From: Dehalococcoidia bacterium
GTDB lineage: Bacteria; Chloroflexota; Dehalococcoidia; SHXV01
NCBI GenBank assembly: GCA_009693105.1
Contig: SHXV01000001.1
Coordinates: 1-61,298, forward strand
Direction: 5' to 3'
Length of the DNA: 61,298 nucleotides
Shown: positions 58,411 to 61,298 of the stretch, in pieces
Layout: each line of letters begins with the position of its first letter
How positions within the stretch are numbered: the first letter of the stretch is position 1
Made by a program: the position numbers and the translations under genes
Notes under the pieces: generated by a model
Told to the model about the DNA's origin: nothing
Databases searched by the model: none
Seen by the model: only the letters and a program-made list of their open reading frames with translations

Positions 58411-58486
58411 TGGTACCCCCGGCAGGAATCGAACCTGCGACCGGCGGTTTAGAAGACCGCTGCTCTTTCCACTGAGCTACGGGGGC
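58411..58486 (-). tRNA. tRNA-Arg (anticodon TCT), CCA encoded
   Basis: The reverse complement reads GCCCCCGTAGCTCAGTGGAAAGAGCAGCGGTCTTCTAAACCGCCGGTCGCAGGTTCGATTCCTGCCGGGGGTACCA. It folds as a cloverleaf with anticodon loop CTTCTAA and T-loop GGTTCGATTCC. Confidence 0.93.
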
Positions 58487-58496
58487 GCTGAATGAC

Positions 58497-58988
58497 CTAC
58501 GCCGGTCGCGGGGGCGACCAGCGCGTCTCCACCTTGTACAGGTTCCCGCCGAAGGAGCGCACGCCCAGGACTTCCATGTGTTCCAGATCCGGGCAGGTGG
58601 TGACGTACCTCTGCACGAGCCGCCCTATCGGCTGGGCGGCGATGATCGCCAGCATCGCCGCTGTCGCCATCGGAGGGAGCCGGTCGATCGCCCGTCTCTG
58701 GCCGCCGGCCACCATGGCGGCGGCGCCGGCCAGCAGCCCGCCCACGGCGATGTTGGTGCCGCAGAGCGGGGTGACCGCCAGGGAGGCTTCCCCGTTCTTC
58801 AGTCGCGCTAGCGCTTCCCGCACGCTCACTTCCAGCGCCTCCGGGGTGACCTTCCCCCACAGGTAGAAGCCATCGCGCCAGGCGCGCGCGGCCATTCGCG
58901 TGGGGCGGAGCCCGCTCAGGAGCAGCGTGACAGTGGCATGCTCAAGGGCGTGGTTGCGCCGCACGGCGCCCGTCAGGCGTTCCAGCAT
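58497..58988 (-). CDS. conserved hypothetical protein ('NHALEHATV' family)
   Basis: A GGGAGGAG RBS precedes the ATG at 58988. There is a hydrophobic Gly/Ala-rich middle segment. The family name is not recalled with confidence. Confidence 0.55.
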   Translation of the reverse strand: MLERLTGAVRRNHALEHATVTLLLSGLRPTRMAARAWRDGFYLWGKVTPEALEVSVREALARLKNGEASLAVTPLCGTNIAVGGLLAGAAAMVAGGQRRAIDRLPPMATAAMLAIIAAQPIGRLVQRYVTTCPDLEHMEVLGVRSFGGNLYKVETRWSPPRPA

Positions 58989-59019
58989 GCTGCTCTCCTC
59001 CCTGGGGGCAGTATAACGT

Positions 59020-60177
59020 CTAGCCGCCCACACCCGCGGGCACCCAGCCCAGGAACTTGCTGTCCGCGTTGCCGAACACCAGCCGGGTGTTGCCCCGCGC
59101 GAGGATCGCCAGCCTCGCCCCCTGGACCGCGCCCAGGTCGCCGGTGATGGCGCGGGCGGCCAGCCCCGTCCCGTCCGGCGACCACGCCAGCGGGATATCG
59201 AAGCCGTTCGCCGGCGCGGACGCCAGCGAGTCAGCGGCGGCGGCGCGCAGGTCGCCGGAGCGCAGGGCGAGGGTTTGCCCGCCGGGAACCCCCACGGAGA
59301 AGGTGAGCTGGCCCTGCGGCGTCCAGGCCGGCCCCAGCGTCGGCCCCACCGGTGCGGACGAGGCGGCCACTGCTTCCGATGCGCGCAGGTCGCCGGTCAG
59401 GCTGAGGACGCGGACCTGCGGCAGCGCGCCCGGGGGCACCTCGACGTAGGCCAGCCGGAGGCCATCGGGGGAGAGCGCGAAATCGCGGGCGATGTTGGTG
59501 GAAAGCGGCGCTATGGTGCTTTGCCCCAACGCGGTCAGCGCGTCCAGCCGCGTTCCTTCCGCCGTGGTGACGGCGAGGTAGATCGCATCGCCGGCGCGGC
59601 TGAACGCCACCGGGCGCGCTGCCAGCGCCGCCGTTACGGCGCCGAAGGCGCGGGCATCGCCGCCCTCGGTGCGGGCGATGAGCACCGTGAACGTCCCGGA
59701 CGCGCCTTCCGGGGCAACGCCCTGTCCGAAGGCGACGCGCGCGCTGTCGGCGGACCACACCGGCGCCACCTGGAGATCGACGCCCTGCGCCACCCGGCGA
59801 TCGCCGTCGCCGGTGAGGGACAGCAGGTGCGCCTCCGCTTCCTTCTGGGGGTTGCGCGCCCCGACGGGCAGCACGGCATAGGCCAGCCAGCGGCCATCGG
59901 GCGAAAGCGCGCCGATGATTCCCCACCCTTGCGCGTGCTTGATCGTGGCGAACACGCTGCTGCGGCCCGGCGCGTCCAGCGGGGCGAGGTGCAGTATATC
60001 GGCGTCTTCTTGGAACGCCGCGTAGATGAGCTGGGGGACGGTTGCCGCCCTGATGGACGGGGCGCTCTCCCCCCGGCGCAGGAAGCCAACCCCCGCCGAA
60101 GCCACGATGAGGGCGAGGAGCAGGGCGGCCGCAAGCAGGGGGCGTCGGGAGAGGGGACGGAGCGGGGATTTTAACAT
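59020..60177 (-). CDS. secreted or membrane-anchored beta-propeller-like protein (TolB/PD40-like repeats)
   Basis: N-terminal signal/anchor 'RRPLLAAALLLALIVASAG'. Repeated '..SPDG..LAY..' and '..WSADS..VAF' units. Confidence 0.6.
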   Translation of the reverse strand: MLKSPLRPLSRRPLLAAALLLALIVASAGVGFLRRGESAPSIRAATVPQLIYAAFQEDADILHLAPLDAPGRSSVFATIKHAQGWGIIGALSPDGRWLAYAVLPVGARNPQKEAEAHLLSLTGDGDRRVAQGVDLQVAPVWSADSARVAFGQGVAPEGASGTFTVLIARTEGGDARAFGAVTAALAARPVAFSRAGDAIYLAVTTAEGTRLDALTALGQSTIAPLSTNIARDFALSPDGLRLAYVEVPPGALPQVRVLSLTGDLRASEAVAASSAPVGPTLGPAWTPQGQLTFSVGVPGGQTLALRSGDLRAAAADSLASAPANGFDIPLAWSPDGTGLAARAITGDLGAVQGARLAILARGNTRLVFGNADSKFLGWVPAGVGG

Positions 60178-60245
60178 AGGCAGTAGGAGCGCCCGGCACG
60201 AGTGCTCACTGCCAGTGTTGGGCGTTCCTGGGCGAGTGTCAAGTT

Positions 60246-60548
60246 TCAGACGTACACGGCAAAGAGGACAGCGTTGGTCGGGTCGGTGCCGTCGCCGAAG
60301 AAGGCGACGGCGCAGCGGCGTCCGGCCACCACGTCCGCCCCGACGATGTTCTCCGCGATCAGCTGGACGGCGCCGCCCTCTACGGAGAGCGCCGCGCAGA
60401 CGCGCAGGACGTTCTCCTCCGTCAGATCGCGCTTGGCGCCAACGCCGGCGATGCGGGTGGCGCGGTTCAGGATGCGGCGCGCCTGGCCATCGCCGGTGAT
60501 GGGGCTGAGGAGAATGAGCATGTCTTTGCGGTCGCTGAAATGTGCCAT
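60246..60548 (-). CDS. hypothetical protein (100 aa)
   Basis: ORF with good codon bias. No family recognised. The ATG at 60548 is preferred over the extended 60617 start. Confidence 0.4.
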   Translation of the reverse strand: MAHFSDRKDMLILLSPITGDGQARRILNRATRIAGVGAKRDLTEENVLRVCAALSVEGGAVQLIAENIVGADVVAGRRCAVAFFGDGTDPTNAVLFAVYV

Positions 60549-60672
60549 GTCGATATGGTCAGGCGGGAGACCCCTGGTTCGGCAGTGGGGAATCCCCTGA
60601 TATCGTGTCCGGCGCACGCCTATTCCGTCGCGCGGGTTTCCCCGAAGGGGCGCGGCAGCTTACCATCGATCC

Positions 60673-61298
60673 ATGACGTTCCTGCACCGGCGCTCCGCGA
60701 ATGTGCGTCTCTCCATCGCTCTCCTATTTGCCCTGGCGCTGGCCGGTTGCGGCGACGCGGGGTCGATAGCGGGAACGGAGACGGAGGACCTTTCGCCCGC
60801 CGGTCCCAAGCGCGCCTTCGCCATGGGCTTCAGCGCCTTCCCGGATGAGAACACCTCTGAGGCGTACCAGCGCACGTTTGCGCAAGCCGGCACGTATGGG
60901 GAGATGATTCTCATCCAGCGACCGGTGCCCTGGAGCGAGTTCATAACCGGCTCCCTGAACCCGTCAAAGTCCACTCAGGATACAACCCGGCTTGAGACCG
61001 CCCTTGCCCAGCGCAACGGGTTGGACGTGGCGATCGCCATCGATGTCACCGACCCGCGCGATCGACACCGGCTCGCCCCCCTTCCGGACGAGCTCAAGGG
61101 CAAGAACTTTGGCAGCGAAGAAGTGCAGCGGTCCTACCTCACCTACGTCCGCTACATGGCGGCCAGCTATCGGCCCAAGTACATGGCTCTGGCGGTGGAG
61201 GTGAATCTCCTCTACGGCGGCAACCCGGCGGAATTCAACCGCTTCCTCCCCGTCTACCGGCAGGCGTTCGATATCGTGAAAGAGGTTTCCCCGGATAC
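60673..61298 (+). CDS. lipoprotein, N-terminal part (3' end outside window)
   Basis: The frame is open from ATG 60673 to the window end (not in the ORF track). Signal peptide with lipobox 'LLFALALAGC'. The mature part looks like a glycoside-hydrolase-like or DUF-type sugar-binding fold (uncertain). Confidence 0.65.
   Translation, partial: MTFLHRRSANVRLSIALLFALALAGCGDAGSIAGTETEDLSPAGPKRAFAMGFSAFPDENTSEAYQRTFAQAGTYGEMILIQRPVPWSEFITGSLNPSKSTQDTTRLETALAQRNGLDVAIAIDVTDPRDRHRLAPLPDELKGKNFGSEEVQRSYLTYVRYMAASYRPKYMALAVEVNLLYGGNPAEFNRFLPVYRQAFDIVKEVSPD

Overview
This is a high-GC bacterial chromosomal segment, gene-dense on both strands, with about 70 supportable genes. The content points to a monoderm-type lineage, possibly Chloroflexota/Thermomicrobia. 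That placement is an inference from MurT/GatD, the T-box and SAM-I leaders, lysA-holB-PSP1 synteny and ResA/ResB; it was not tested.

Layout:
- 0-8 kb: housekeeping genes (nadD 3' end, gyrB, trmO-like, endoIII-like, ychF, XdhC pair, tatA).
- 8.2-11.2 kb: a copper module with a putative CsoR operator, a Cys-rich small ORF, csoR and copA.
- 11-19 kb: envelope and cytochrome c maturation genes (M50 protease, murT-gatD, M23 peptidase, resA, resB, lgt, glutaredoxin-like).
- 18.8-29.5 kb: a T-box-led branched-chain amino-acid supraoperon (ilvB-ilvN-ilvC-leuA-leuC-[odd spacer]-leuD-leuB-cimA).
- 29.5-36.2 kb: mutS2, an FmdB zinc ribbon, and nadA-nadB-nadC.
- 36.2-39.9 kb, minus strand: lysA-holB-PSP1.
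- 40-41.2 kb: an aquaporin followed by a decayed arsC.
- 41.2-43.3 kb and 46.6-52.9 kb: a sulfur locus built on protein thiocarboxylates. It holds a SAM-I riboswitch -> thrC-like/NIL/MoaD-like operon, then sat, a Na/Pi-cotransporter-like protein, an Rrf2 regulator, cysK, a MoaD-E1 fusion, cysO and cysM.
- 43.3-46.6 kb: a visibly AT-richer mosaic islet interrupts that locus. It carries a McrB-N(DUF3578)-DUF3883 fusion (candidate type IV restriction enzyme) between the two halves of a broken 2H-phosphoesterase gene.
- 52.9-61.3 kb: two more decayed genes (tfoX-like, fpg), ilvA, a split EamA transporter, a CoA-transferase, an integrase remnant next to tRNA-Arg(TCT), and envelope-associated hypotheticals.

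I found no rRNA, CRISPR array or intact transposase or integrase. All homology calls come from motif recognition by eye. No searches or GC calculations were run.
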